Positions 49,422 to 59,156 are shown, counted from the first letter of the stretch. The stretch: 64,000 nt of DNA from a virus (IMGVR_UViG_3300014208_000031:103665-167664); one strand, 5' to 3'. Numbers and translations: made by a program. The notes: a model not told the origin generated them from the letters alone.

Positions 49422-50059
49422 TTTATATCTACAATATCTAAATTGGCAATAAACATTACATCCGCTCCCCCATCCTGCTCTGTATATTGTTTTATAATGG
49501 CAAATCTATTTTTCATTTTAGCTAAAGCAATTCTTACACCATTATACATTTCATTATAATCATCAAGAAGTAAAAATGGAATTTTTAAAGCTAAACAAAT
49601 ATTAAGATCAATACAAACACTAGGTTCCCAATGGCACCCATCGACATAAGCCAATTGATAAGGTTCAATACTTAAATCTCCATCAATTGCGGCGGCTAAA
49701 CTTCTTTTGTGAACAAACCTAAATCTATCTTTATAATTTTGATAAACACTTTCCACGGCGGCTAATTGAACACTATCTCCGCCGATTTCCTCTGGTCTGC
49801 CTACTGAATGTAAATAATCATTGGTTGGATTATCCATAAATGGATCGACTGAGGTTAATTTAGATTTGAATTGCTTAGATAATTCTAGAAGCATATTTCC
49901 GCTCGACCCACAAAAAAATCCAATTTCAAGTATGTTCTTAGGTTTAACTAAATCAATAACTTCTTTAAATATTTCAGCGTGTGAATTTACTGAACTGCAT
50001 CCGCCGGTTTTACATCTATCTATTACGCTTTGTAGCTCTAATTTTTCGTTTTCTGTCAT
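49415..50059 (-). CDS. class I SAM-dependent methyltransferase (Methyltransf_24-like)
   Basis: LEIGFFCGSS, YVDGCH, LDDY. Confidence 0.8.
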   Translation of the reverse strand: MTENEKLELQSVIDRCKTGGCSSVNSHAEIFKEVIDLVKPKNILEIGFFCGSSGNMLLELSKQFKSKLTSVDPFMDNPTNDYLHSVGRPEEIGGDSVQLAAVESVYQNYKDRFRFVHKRSLAAAIDGDLSIEPYQLAYVDGCHWEPSVCIDLNICLALKIPFLLLDDYNEMYNGVRIALAKMKNRFAIIKQYTEQDGGADVMFIANLDIVDIKW

Positions 50060-50079
50060 AAAAATATATATCCTTTAGT

Positions 50080-50859
50080 TTATTGAACTTTCTCTAAAGT
50101 ATCATCTGGCCCGTTATTTCCTATGTGAAGTGCGCGGATATTTTCAGAAGAGTGGCTCCAAAAGGGTTTAATGTTATTACTAATAATATTATATTTTTCG
50201 GGATTAAATCCTACTTGAAGTCGTTTCCCTATTTCGGCAAATAGCATTTCTACATTCATTTGTTGATTTCTTAAAAATGGCAAAATTTGGTCCTTACTTG
50301 CTAAAATATATTGAAGAATAATAGATAAATCACGTTTTTTAATTATGTGAGGATTTAAACTGAATAATTCTCCTTGCTTTTTCCAGCTATCATCAACTTT
50401 TTCCATTGATTTAAAATGTTCAAACTCGTTGATTTGGCGGGGGATACGAACTTGTAGAACTTCGGAATTGGATTTTAATAAATTTATGGACTGTTCCAGC
50501 CAAAATTCTAAAGTATTAGAAATTGGTTTAATTTTCCAGTCGTCTTCAAGGTGAAAAATATAATCAGTTTTAATTTCGTTAAAAACAGTAAAAATATCTT
50601 TTAATTGCTCAACTGAATGGCTCCCATGCCATCGCCTCCAGTCGGCTACAGTTTTCAAAACTCTATATCCATATTTAATAAAATCTTTTTCCATAGTCTC
50701 TGCGAATTCTTCCTCTCCCGGCCTGATTTTAATATGCACGATCTTGTCGGCAAAATTAACCTTATGAGTTTCTAAATCTTGAATTGTTCTTAAATAGCAA
50801 TCTTTAGAACTCCAGTGGCCATTGGAAACTGAGTATAAGCAAAGGGTTAAACTATTCAT
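50080..50859 (-). CDS. putative glycosyltransferase (GT-A)
   Basis: YIFHLEDDW, FSLNP, HIG. Confidence 0.65.
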   Translation of the reverse strand: MNSLTLCLYSVSNGHWSSKDCYLRTIQDLETHKVNFADKIVHIKIRPGEEEFAETMEKDFIKYGYRVLKTVADWRRWHGSHSVEQLKDIFTVFNEIKTDYIFHLEDDWKIKPISNTLEFWLEQSINLLKSNSEVLQVRIPRQINEFEHFKSMEKVDDSWKKQGELFSLNPHIIKKRDLSIILQYILASKDQILPFLRNQQMNVEMLFAEIGKRLQVGFNPEKYNIISNNIKPFWSHSSENIRALHIGNNGPDDTLEKVQ

Positions 50860-51677
50860 TATTCTAAATTAAGACCATGTTCAATCACTTCTACATATTC
50901 CAACTCTTTAATATCTGTAGCAACATTTTCTTGATGATTAGAATATCCTTCCCAAATCTTTTTCCAGTATTCTTTTCCGTGACTTGCTTTTCTCTTTAAA
51001 TCTAAGTAGGACTCATGAACCGTTACTGGAAAGAAGGATAAATATTTTGCATTTTCTGGTTTTAGATATTCATAAGGGACGTATTGAGCAAATTTCCCTA
51101 ATTGTCCGTCAGCCGTCAACCCTTCAGTGCAATCTGACATTTTTGTGTTAAAATATCCATTTCCTAATTCTGCTTGCGGGATAACTCCACGGCTTTTAAT
51201 TGTATCTTTATGAATCCTGAATTTCTGTCCTATATTACAGTTTTTTCTAATGGTTTTTATAGACCCATATAAATCTAAGCTGGGGATTAGAAATCCATCC
51301 CATCTACTATCCATATCCTTAGTTAATAATTCTACTGCTTGGTCCCAGAATTTCTTTTGTGAGGGAATAAAAAATTCATCAAAATCCATTAAAATGCGAA
51401 TGGAGTTTTTTGCTTGTTCTAGAGCCGCTGTCTTAGTTAGACCATCAATACGATTATTAGAATAAGAAATATCGGTTTTTATCAATTCTAAATTTGGGCA
51501 TTGTTTTTGTAATTTTACCAATTCTTCCCACGTATTGTCTTCGCTTGTATTGACTGCAATAACTGTTTGGCCGCGCGGGCCAACAAAATCACACCAATTT
51601 TTTATATTTTTTTCATAATTAAATGAAAATCTACAAATATTGTATCCAGCCGAATATACAGTTGTGGGAACATTCAT
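50859..51677 (-). CDS. glycosyltransferase family 2-like
   Basis: VNTSEDNT, LMDFDE; ATG 51677 preferred. Confidence 0.7.
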   Translation of the reverse strand: MNVPTTVYSAGYNICRFSFNYEKNIKNWCDFVGPRGQTVIAVNTSEDNTWEELVKLQKQCPNLELIKTDISYSNNRIDGLTKTAALEQAKNSIRILMDFDEFFIPSQKKFWDQAVELLTKDMDSRWDGFLIPSLDLYGSIKTIRKNCNIGQKFRIHKDTIKSRGVIPQAELGNGYFNTKMSDCTEGLTADGQLGKFAQYVPYEYLKPENAKYLSFFPVTVHESYLDLKRKASHGKEYWKKIWEGYSNHQENVATDIKELEYVEVIEHGLNLE

Positions 51678-51734
51678 GAGCAAAAATCTTTCACTCAAGA
51701 CCTATATACTTTTACAAACTCAAATTCTAAAAAA

Positions 51735-52319
51735 TTATTCTATTCTTATCGTCTCGAAACTAACTTTTCCCTCAGAAATTACTTTTTTAATCTGGCGCTG
51801 TCGTGTATTTAATTGTGCTTCACCAGTTTTTACATCTACTAGAATAATATCTGTAATAGCATCTTCTGATAATCCATTATAAATAATAAAATCCAAAGGA
51901 GCCCCTCCAAGGAATCTAGAATCTGAAACTTTCCATTTCCAACATGGTAATAAAACTGCTAGATTTTCATTTATTTGTCCTTTTACTATAGATTTTTGAC
52001 TGCTTGTCGCATCCAGACGCGCGGCTTTAATATTTTTATCTTGGTTTTCTAATAATAAATTAATCCTATCATTTAACTCGTTAATTTTATTATTTTGTTG
52101 TTCGTTTTGTTTATCCGAGTTTCTTAAAACCTCTTGATATTTTCCTGTTAACCCAATATGTTTAACCGAACAATCTTGTGCGAATTTAATATTATTTTGA
52201 TTTTGTTGAAATAGTAGATTAAATTCAGATTGTAAATTTTTCAATCTAATTTGATTTTTATATAGAAAAAATCCTAAAAGACCCGCAATTAATCCAATTA
52301 TAATTGCTAAAATTTCCAT
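51735..52319 (-). CDS. membrane-anchored Holliday-junction-resolvase-like nuclease (Endonuc_Holl-like)
   Basis: N-terminal TM, coiled coil, GQINE..RFLG..P.DFIIY.G..DVKTG.AQL..RQ. Confidence 0.75.
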   Translation of the reverse strand: MEILAIIIGLIAGLLGFFLYKNQIRLKNLQSEFNLLFQQNQNNIKFAQDCSVKHIGLTGKYQEVLRNSDKQNEQQNNKINELNDRINLLLENQDKNIKAARLDATSSQKSIVKGQINENLAVLLPCWKWKVSDSRFLGGAPLDFIIYNGLSEDAITDIILVDVKTGEAQLNTRQRQIKKVISEGKVSFETIRIE

Positions 52320-52328
52320 ATAAGAAAC

Positions 52329-52535
52329 CTATGGAACTAAAACTTTAATTAAAACAGAAATAAGACCGCCGCCGATTACCCCCGCTATTCCAGAAAAAAA
52401 AGCAATTTTTGTTTTAGTAATAGCATTATCTCTCTGGCCCGTTCTTTCTCTATCCTCAAGAGTTTTTAATCTCTGGTCATAAGACTTTAGAGTTTCTAAT
52501 ACGTGAAATTCATATTTTTCCCATTCGTTACTCAT
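52329..52535 (-). CDS. small coiled-coil + C-terminal TM protein (holin-like)
   Basis: RLKTLE then IAFFSGIAGVIGGGLISVLI. Confidence 0.5.
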   Translation of the reverse strand: MSNEWEKYEFHVLETLKSYDQRLKTLEDRERTGQRDNAITKTKIAFFSGIAGVIGGGLISVLIKVLVP

Positions 52536-53016
52536 GGGTGATTAAAAGTTCTTTTAGTTTTTGAAGATTAAAATCGGTAATCTCTCTTTGTTTTTGAACC
52601 CTTATCCACCAATCATTATTCCAGCTTAATATTGTGTCTATAATTTTACTCATAAAATTTCTGGATTCAATCATAGAGAATTTGTCTAATACCTCTACAC
52701 CCAATTTAGCTATTTTTTCCTTATCTTCGGGTGTAATTAACCCGGTCAATACCAGCACCGGAGTTTTATCTTGTATAAGTTTGATTTTATCAATAGTCTC
52801 CGCCGGTGTAGAATCAGCTAATGTTAAATCTAATACGGTTATATCTGGAGTGGGAACACTATTAATAATTTCTATAGCGCGCGCCATTGTCGGGGCAATA
52901 ATTATTTCTGCATCAGGAAATTCCCTTTTTAAAGGGTGTAAAAATTTTACCAATATCTCTGAAAAAGCTGATTCGTCTTCAACAATTAGAATTTTTAGGT
53001 AATTAAAGCTAGCCAT
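52528..53016 (-). CDS. single-domain response regulator (receiver domain)
   Basis: ILIVEDE, PDITVLDLTL (phospho-Asp), VLVLTG, DK. Confidence 0.8.
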   Translation of the reverse strand: MASFNYLKILIVEDESAFSEILVKFLHPLKREFPDAEIIIAPTMARAIEIINSVPTPDITVLDLTLADSTPAETIDKIKLIQDKTPVLVLTGLITPEDKEKIAKLGVEVLDKFSMIESRNFMSKIIDTILSWNNDWWIRVQKQREITDFNLQKLKELLITHE

Positions 53017-53087
53017 TATATTTTAATTATAAGATAAATTGTATCTTATATATTTACACTTTTTTATAAAAAGGGTTGTATTATTTG

Positions 53088-55511
53088 TTATCCGCAGGCT
53101 GAAAATCCACAATTTTTGCATAACTTACATCCATTTTCTCTAATTAAAGATTCTTGACCACATTCTCCACAGGATTCGCCACTTATTTTTACCCCATCTT
53201 CCACATATTTTTTAAGACAACGTGCGATAGCCTTAGAAAGAATAAATAAGTCGCCTTCCACCTTTTCTAATTGTTGGAGAACATAGGGTAAACCTACATT
53301 ATGTCTTAATGCCATACTTAACATACGGGTCAAAGCCTCTCCATCATCAGTTAAATAATCTGTTAAATTATCTAGTATTAATTCATCCCCGTTGTAAACT
53401 TGATAATGTCCGCGTTTTTGCCTATGAATTGATCCTTTTTCTATATTTTTAGAAATAACGCCATTTTTCCCCGCAAAAACTTCATAAGGATTTCCACATT
53501 TATTTAATCCTATTAAGCAAAAATATTCTTCGCCTTTAACTTTACAATGATAAACGTCACAGTTTAATTCTTTTGGTCTTTTCTCGAATTCACACTTTTT
53601 ATCTTGTTTCTCTACCAAAACCCCGGTTCTGCAATTTTTTCTATAAATAGTTATTCCTTTACAACCGGATTTCCATGCAGTTTCGTAAATCTCAGAAACT
53701 TTTTCTTTAGTTACGTCTTCTGGAAGATTCAAAGTAGAAGAAATAGCATGATCAATATGTTTTTGCGCAGCGGCTTGTAATTTTACCCTGTTTTTCCAAT
53801 CAATGTCTTCCGCGCAATAATTATACCAAGGAGATTTTGTCCAATCCTTTTCCCCAGAAATTTCCATCCATATTTTTAATTTAGGATGATAAACTTCAAA
53901 TTCTTGCCAAGTATCTCCATTTGGATCGGTAAAATCTACTCTAGCATTTTTGTCATTGGGATTAACTTTTTTACGCCTAGTATAAGGTTTAAGCATAAAT
54001 AAAGGCTCGATCCCCGAACTGGTTTGAGTTAATAAACTCACGCTTCCTGTCGGCGCAATCGTCAAATTACCAATATTCCGGCGGCCATATTTAGATATAT
54101 TTTTATATAATTCTTGATTTTCTTCTTTAATTTGTAATAAAAATTTAGAATCTTTCTCTAATTCCCAATTCCATATGGGAAAAGTTCCAATTTCTTTTGC
54201 CATTTCCATTGAAGATTCAAAAGACGCTAATTTTTGAGTTTTATGAACTTTTTCTACAAAATTAATACTTTCTTCTGTTCCATAACCAATATTTAACGCG
54301 GCTAACATATCTCCTGTCGCTGTAATTCCTAGTCCTGTTCGACGCCCATTAATACATTTCTTTCTAATTTCTACCCAGATAAATAATTCTTCTCTTTTAA
54401 TATTCTCTTGTTCTGGATCGTTTTTAATTTTATCTATAATCTGATCTATTTTTTCTAATTCTAAATCAATTACATCGTCCATTAAACGCTGGGAAATTTT
54501 CGCGTGAGTATAAAATAAATTCCAATCAAAACTAGAGTTTTTAGTAAAAGGATTAATTATATAAGAGTATAGATTCTGAATAAGCAATCTACAAGAATCA
54601 AAAATGCAAAGTGGTAATTCACTACATGGATTTGTTGAAACCGTTTTAAATCCGAAATCTTTATAACAATCAATAACATTATTCTCCGTAATATTACTCC
54701 AGAATAATAATCCGGGTTCTGCTCTGAGCCACGCGGAATCAATAATTTTATCCCAAATATTTTTAGCTCTAACAGTTTTTTGTATGGAAGGATTTTTAGA
54801 ATCCACCGGCCATTGTAGTTCAAAATCTAAATCTTTATCTACTGCATTAAGAAATTCATCGCTTAATCTAACAGAAATATTTGCACCAGTAACTTTAGAC
54901 GTATCATTCTTGATAGATATAAATTTTTCAATATCTGGATGTTTTACGTCTATGGTCTCCATTAAAGCCCCGCGGCGGCCATTTTGAGCAACTTCCCTAA
55001 TACTATTGGAAAATCTTTCCATCCATGATTCTATGCCCGTAGAACTTGCGGCGGCGTTTTTAGTTGGCGCTCCCGCTGGACGTAATTTAGATAAATCTAC
55101 ACCTACGCCTCCGCGCCGTTTACTAATTTGAACTAATTGTTGATCAGTTTTTAATATTCCACCATAACTATCTTCCGGGGGTTCAACAACATAGCAATTA
55201 CTTAGACTAATAACTTGGTAATTATTACCAATTCCGAACATTTGGGAACCCTGTGGGACAATATACTTGAATTTATCCAACCAACTAAAAATTTCGTCTT
55301 CGGTAAATGGATTTTTAAACTTATTTTTTTCAATTCTAGCAAATTCTTTAGCAATTCTCCGGTGCATTTGCACTGGATTAGACTCCAAGATTTCTTTATC
55401 GTTATTTTTTAACGAATATTTATCTAGAAAAACTTTGGCTGCTAATTCGTCACCTCTAAAATACTCTGTTGAAATTAATAAAGATTCTTCATAACTATAA
55501 GTTTTTTCCAT
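53088..55511 (-). CDS. nrdJ: class II (B12-dependent) ribonucleotide reductase with TSCPD and Zn-ribbon tail
   Basis: LSNCYV, RRGGVG, GRRGA, TNPCSE, TIAPTG, GCKGITIYR, C-terminal CGEC..CKLC..CGFSAC; no NrdB nearby. Confidence 0.9.
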   Translation of the reverse strand: MEKTYSYEESLLISTEYFRGDELAAKVFLDKYSLKNNDKEILESNPVQMHRRIAKEFARIEKNKFKNPFTEDEIFSWLDKFKYIVPQGSQMFGIGNNYQVISLSNCYVVEPPEDSYGGILKTDQQLVQISKRRGGVGVDLSKLRPAGAPTKNAAASSTGIESWMERFSNSIREVAQNGRRGALMETIDVKHPDIEKFISIKNDTSKVTGANISVRLSDEFLNAVDKDLDFELQWPVDSKNPSIQKTVRAKNIWDKIIDSAWLRAEPGLLFWSNITENNVIDCYKDFGFKTVSTNPCSELPLCIFDSCRLLIQNLYSYIINPFTKNSSFDWNLFYTHAKISQRLMDDVIDLELEKIDQIIDKIKNDPEQENIKREELFIWVEIRKKCINGRRTGLGITATGDMLAALNIGYGTEESINFVEKVHKTQKLASFESSMEMAKEIGTFPIWNWELEKDSKFLLQIKEENQELYKNISKYGRRNIGNLTIAPTGSVSLLTQTSSGIEPLFMLKPYTRRKKVNPNDKNARVDFTDPNGDTWQEFEVYHPKLKIWMEISGEKDWTKSPWYNYCAEDIDWKNRVKLQAAAQKHIDHAISSTLNLPEDVTKEKVSEIYETAWKSGCKGITIYRKNCRTGVLVEKQDKKCEFEKRPKELNCDVYHCKVKGEEYFCLIGLNKCGNPYEVFAGKNGVISKNIEKGSIHRQKRGHYQVYNGDELILDNLTDYLTDDGEALTRMLSMALRHNVGLPYVLQQLEKVEGDLFILSKAIARCLKKYVEDGVKISGESCGECGQESLIRENGCKLCKNCGFSACG

Positions 55512-55657
55512 ACTAATTTATATCCTTTTTCTTTAAATTTTCTAAAAATGCCATAGATAGGTAATATTAATTTACACGGCTAAACTTTTAATAAAAAGTA
55601 TAATTAAAAAAGTTTAAAAATCCTTAAAATTAAACTAATAAAAGTGTAGCCTCGCGA

Positions 55658-56029
55658 TTAACGGTTGTCACCGTTTCCAACTAAAACTCCGCGTTCTTTT
55701 CTAGATAATAATTTTTCTATATTTTTCTGAGCCACTTCTTCCAAACTTAAATCTAACTCTCTACAGAGAGCCGCGCAGTACCATAAAACGTCGCCTATTT
55801 CTTTACTTATTTCTTTTCTAGTTTCGTCTGTAATAACTGTCCCAGCATCTCTAATAATTTTTTTAACTTTCCCCTGGATTTCTCCTACTTCACCCATTCC
55901 GTTCGCTACATAAGAAATTCCTAAAACTTTTAATATTTCGGGCGGCAAGTTTGGATACTGCTCTTTTATTTTATTTAAATAAATTGCTGTCCCAGCTGAT
56001 ATTTCTTGATATTCTTTAAACGTATTCAT
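55658..56029 (-). CDS. MazG-like nucleotide pyrophosphohydrolase
   Basis: EVGEI..KVKK..RD, EIGDVLWY, NIEKL..R. Confidence 0.88.
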   Translation of the reverse strand: MNTFKEYQEISAGTAIYLNKIKEQYPNLPPEILKVLGISYVANGMGEVGEIQGKVKKIIRDAGTVITDETRKEISKEIGDVLWYCAALCRELDLSLEEVAQKNIEKLLSRKERGVLVGNGDNR

Positions 56030-56043
56030 ATTTTATTTTATTT

Positions 56044-56241
56044 TTAACCTTTTAAACTACATTTTTTACCCAAAATCCCCGGATAAGCATTTAATAATTC
56101 AATTTCTTTGATTTCTGACCAAAATTTATAATGTTTGTCAAATTGGGCGTAATTTTCTGCATCATTTACTGATTCGGCAATTACAAAATCTACTCCTAAA
56201 AATTGTCCGACCGAAAAATATTTAATTTCGTAAATTTTCAT
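56044..56241 (-). CDS. hypothetical protein
   Basis: Packed ORF. Confidence 0.6.
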   Translation of the reverse strand: MKIYEIKYFSVGQFLGVDFVIAESVNDAENYAQFDKHYKFWSEIKEIELLNAYPGILGKKCSLKG

Positions 56242-56732
56242 TTTTTATTAATACCAAAATATTTAGAATCTATTTCAGAACCATTAAATTTTTCATAATC
56301 ATTTTTAATTTTAACTAATTCAACATTTTTTAATTTAGCCATCTTATTTATGTGGCTTATCTCCTCTTCACTAATACATTTAGCCATTAAATCACCATAA
56401 ACTATCCTAGAAACGTTTTTTTGAGCTAGGGCTACAAAACACTTCGCGCACGGCTGTCCAGTAATATAAGCGGTCGCGCCAGTTAAATCTTCATTACAAA
56501 ATAATAAAGCATTTATCTCACTATGGATGAACCAAAAATATTTGTCCGGGCGAGTTTGAGGGACTTGAGAGTCGTCAATATTACTTAATGGCCCATTAAC
56601 TCCAGTGGATAAGATTCTTCTATTTTTTACTAATACCGTTCCATGCTTTGTAGATTCATCTCGGCTTCTGGTAGAAACTAATTTTGCAATACCTAAGAAA
56701 TAATCATCCCACGACTCTCTTGAATTATCCAT
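56238..56732 (-). CDS. dCMP deaminase
   Basis: WDDYF, HSEINA, PCAKC. Confidence 0.9.
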   Translation of the reverse strand: MDNSRESWDDYFLGIAKLVSTRSRDESTKHGTVLVKNRRILSTGVNGPLSNIDDSQVPQTRPDKYFWFIHSEINALLFCNEDLTGATAYITGQPCAKCFVALAQKNVSRIVYGDLMAKCISEEEISHINKMAKLKNVELVKIKNDYEKFNGSEIDSKYFGINKK

Positions 56733-57123
56733 TTTTCTTTAACTTATTGATTTTAGCTTGTTGTTCTTTAGTTCTTTTATTAGCGGCCCGGCGATTTTCC
56801 ATCTTTTTAGCTTTTTCTTCTTGATATTTAGTACCAATTTTATCTGTTCCATCCCTGTTTTCTCTTTCGGCGGATAGTTGTTCGCTTAAATCAAATAATT
56901 CCCCGATATTTCCCTTATGATTAGCTGTTCGCTTAATAAAGTCTTTTGGATCGTCAATATTTATTTTACTAATACTATCAACCTGTGCTCTTAAAAACGA
57001 GGGAATTCTAGTCAGTTTTTTATTATCAACCGTAATAACTTCTCCTATTTTTGGCGCCGATTCGCTTGAATAGTATAATTCTACGATTTTGCCATTTTTA
57101 TCTTCAAATTCAAAAAGTGCCAT
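56725..57123 (-). CDS. FmdB-like regulatory protein (Cys-less)
   Basis: MALFEF..G..VE..RI N-terminus, GELFD.S..LS..R. Confidence 0.5.
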   Translation of the reverse strand: MALFEFEDKNGKIVELYYSSESAPKIGEVITVDNKKLTRIPSFLRAQVDSISKINIDDPKDFIKRTANHKGNIGELFDLSEQLSAERENRDGTDKIGTKYQEEKAKKMENRRAANKRTKEQQAKINKLKKNG

Positions 57124-57124
57124 A

Positions 57125-58228
57125 TTATTTTAAGTTTTTCGCAATAATATCTAAAGTTTTATAAAAAGTAAATTCATCCTTTAGTTTTTCTCCTTCTGTA
57201 TTCAATATTTTCGCTCGTCCGGCGGCTAAATCCATAGAGTCAGAAACATCATTTTCATTCCAATTATCCCACATTCCAGTGTTAATAATATTTCCTTTTT
57301 TAAAGAAAAAACCATCTTCTGCATCAATCATCCCGGCGGACTCTACTAAGATTGAGTTTTCTGGATTACAATAAACTTTATGAACGTGAGAGTTTAATAC
57401 AACAGCTTGTTTTCCAAGGCATAAAGAATTAAATAACCCGTAATTAAATCCTTCGCACAACGAGAGTCCATCAAGGTTAATATCTTGAACGTTCAAAATA
57501 TCATTTACCTCATTAATATTTTTTTGATAAGGTAAAAATACAATATTATCATAATGCTTTCCTTCTAAAGCCTGACCAATTAATTGTCCTTCAAGATTAG
57601 GATTTCCGGTCATTTGACCAATAAAAGGGTTACTTATTAAGCAATGTAACATATGGTTTTTATTATTGCCATATTTTTTGGCCCACAAATTTAATACTCT
57701 GTAAGTTCCTTTTCTTGCTTCCGCCTTACCGTTTAATCCCCAAACTATTCTATTATCATGATAATATTTTTTGTTTTTCTTATATAAGTTAAAAGAATCA
57801 AAACCTAACGGACATAAAACTACAGGTGTCGTGACTCCGCCGGACTCAAATACCTGTTTAGTATAAGGAGAACTTACAAATATTTTATCCTGTTGATTTA
57901 ATATATGTTTTTCTACATCAGAAATGCCCGACGTTTCGTGAAACGTGAAAAGCGCGTTATTATTGCTTTTTACTCCCTCCAACGATTGTAGGATATGCCA
58001 CAGGCGCAAGACGGGCGTATCTTTTGTATGTTTTAATACTGAATTGTTAATAGAGTTTTGCATCCACGCTGAAAACTCTGAATAAGGCTTTTGCGCCGAC
58101 ATATCGACTTGTCCAATCGGAAATAACCCTTGTATTTCTTCTTGTTTGTTAAATATTTCGCGTAATAAAGCAATACTTGTGACACCAAACGAAACTGAAT
58201 TGACCGGCAAATTAAATGTTAAATCCAT
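57125..58228 (-). CDS. glycosyltransferase family 4-like
   Basis: FHET, GK.E.RKG, EGF..GL..SLCLGK. Confidence 0.75.
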   Translation of the reverse strand: MDLTFNLPVNSVSFGVTSIALLREIFNKQEEIQGLFPIGQVDMSAQKPYSEFSAWMQNSINNSVLKHTKDTPVLRLWHILQSLEGVKSNNNALFTFHETSGISDVEKHILNQQDKIFVSSPYTKQVFESGGVTTPVVLCPLGFDSFNLYKKNKKYYHDNRIVWGLNGKAEARKGTYRVLNLWAKKYGNNKNHMLHCLISNPFIGQMTGNPNLEGQLIGQALEGKHYDNIVFLPYQKNINEVNDILNVQDINLDGLSLCEGFNYGLFNSLCLGKQAVVLNSHVHKVYCNPENSILVESAGMIDAEDGFFFKKGNIINTGMWDNWNENDVSDSMDLAAGRAKILNTEGEKLKDEFTFYKTLDIIAKNLK

Positions 58229-58236
58229 AAATTAAG

Positions 58237-58701
58237 TTATTCCTCTTCCTCTTCTAAATCTGGTTTATTTTGATTTAAATTTTGATGGTTCTTTATTAAA
58301 TTACTAGTGAGAACCAATAAATCTTCTATGTCGGCGGACGTTATACAAAGAGGATTAGTTGAAATTGGATCATCTTTATCTCTTACATCATTAATAGTTT
58401 TTGAAATTAAAAAAGCTAATTCTCCGTTAATCTCCACATTTTGAGGGTATAATTGAAGAGGTTTTTCTAGTAAATATCCAATTTTATTTTTCTTACCTTC
58501 AACAAATGGAACGTTTTTTACTAAAAGGGCATCTTCAAAGGACTTCAAAGCAACCTTAAAGGATTCAAGGTCCAGTTCGGGCGTTTCTGTAATATGTAAT
58601 TCTTGTAAATTTAAAATCGTTTTTACATCGTCCGGCCAGACGATAGTATCGTGATCTTTGTAAAAAAGATAAATAAGGTTTTTTATTGTTGAGAGTAGCA
58701 T
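58237..58701 (-). CDS. hypothetical protein
   Basis: ATG 58701 preferred. Confidence 0.7.
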   Translation of the reverse strand: MLLSTIKNLIYLFYKDHDTIVWPDDVKTILNLQELHITETPELDLESFKVALKSFEDALLVKNVPFVEGKKNKIGYLLEKPLQLYPQNVEINGELAFLISKTINDVRDKDDPISTNPLCITSADIEDLLVLTSNLIKNHQNLNQNKPDLEEEEE

Positions 58702-58712
58702 AATTATATTTT

Positions 58713-58886
58713 TTAGTAACCTTCCCATGAATCTACACCAGCTTCTTCTAATCTAGTTAATTCGTCGTCTCGCTCTTGAAGACGCGTGATTTCTAATGCT
58801 GCTTTTTCAAGCAATTCACAAGACTCTTTACTTAGATTACTAATTCTTGCAATATAATGTAACTGATCAATTTCGTCTTTATTCAT
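58713..58886 (-). CDS. small phage protein (LE.AGVD.WEGY C-terminal motif)
   Basis: Ends LEEAGVDSWEGY; ATG 58886. Confidence 0.65.
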   Translation of the reverse strand: MNKDEIDQLHYIARISNLSKESCELLEKAALEITRLQERDDELTRLEEAGVDSWEGY

Positions 58887-59151
58887 TATTTTCCTCTTTA
58901 TTTTGCTTACTAAATAAGTCTTGCATTTCACTATTAAATTTTTTAGTTAATTGTAAAACTTTATAACTTAATCCGCGCATTTCCGGCGGGGTGGAGTCAA
59001 GTAAAAAATCAACTATTTCAAAATTAACTTGACTTAATAAATTTAAACTACAATCAATAATCGTATTGGTTGAGACGACATCCTGTAAAGAGAACTTAGG
59101 TTTATTAACCTCTTTAATTTGTCCGCCGGATTCTTGATTATTTTCTTCCAT
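58879..59151 (-). CDS. hypothetical protein
   Basis: Packed ORF. Confidence 0.65.
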   Translation of the reverse strand: MEENNQESGGQIKEVNKPKFSLQDVVSTNTIIDCSLNLLSQVNFEIVDFLLDSTPPEMRGLSYKVLQLTKKFNSEMQDLFSKQNKEENNE

Positions 59152-59156
59152 ATTTT

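Noticed and set aside
22807-55511. Inteins or introns in DnaB, RecA or RNR
   Set aside because: Lengths are ordinary, motifs are contiguous and no intein terminal signatures were seen
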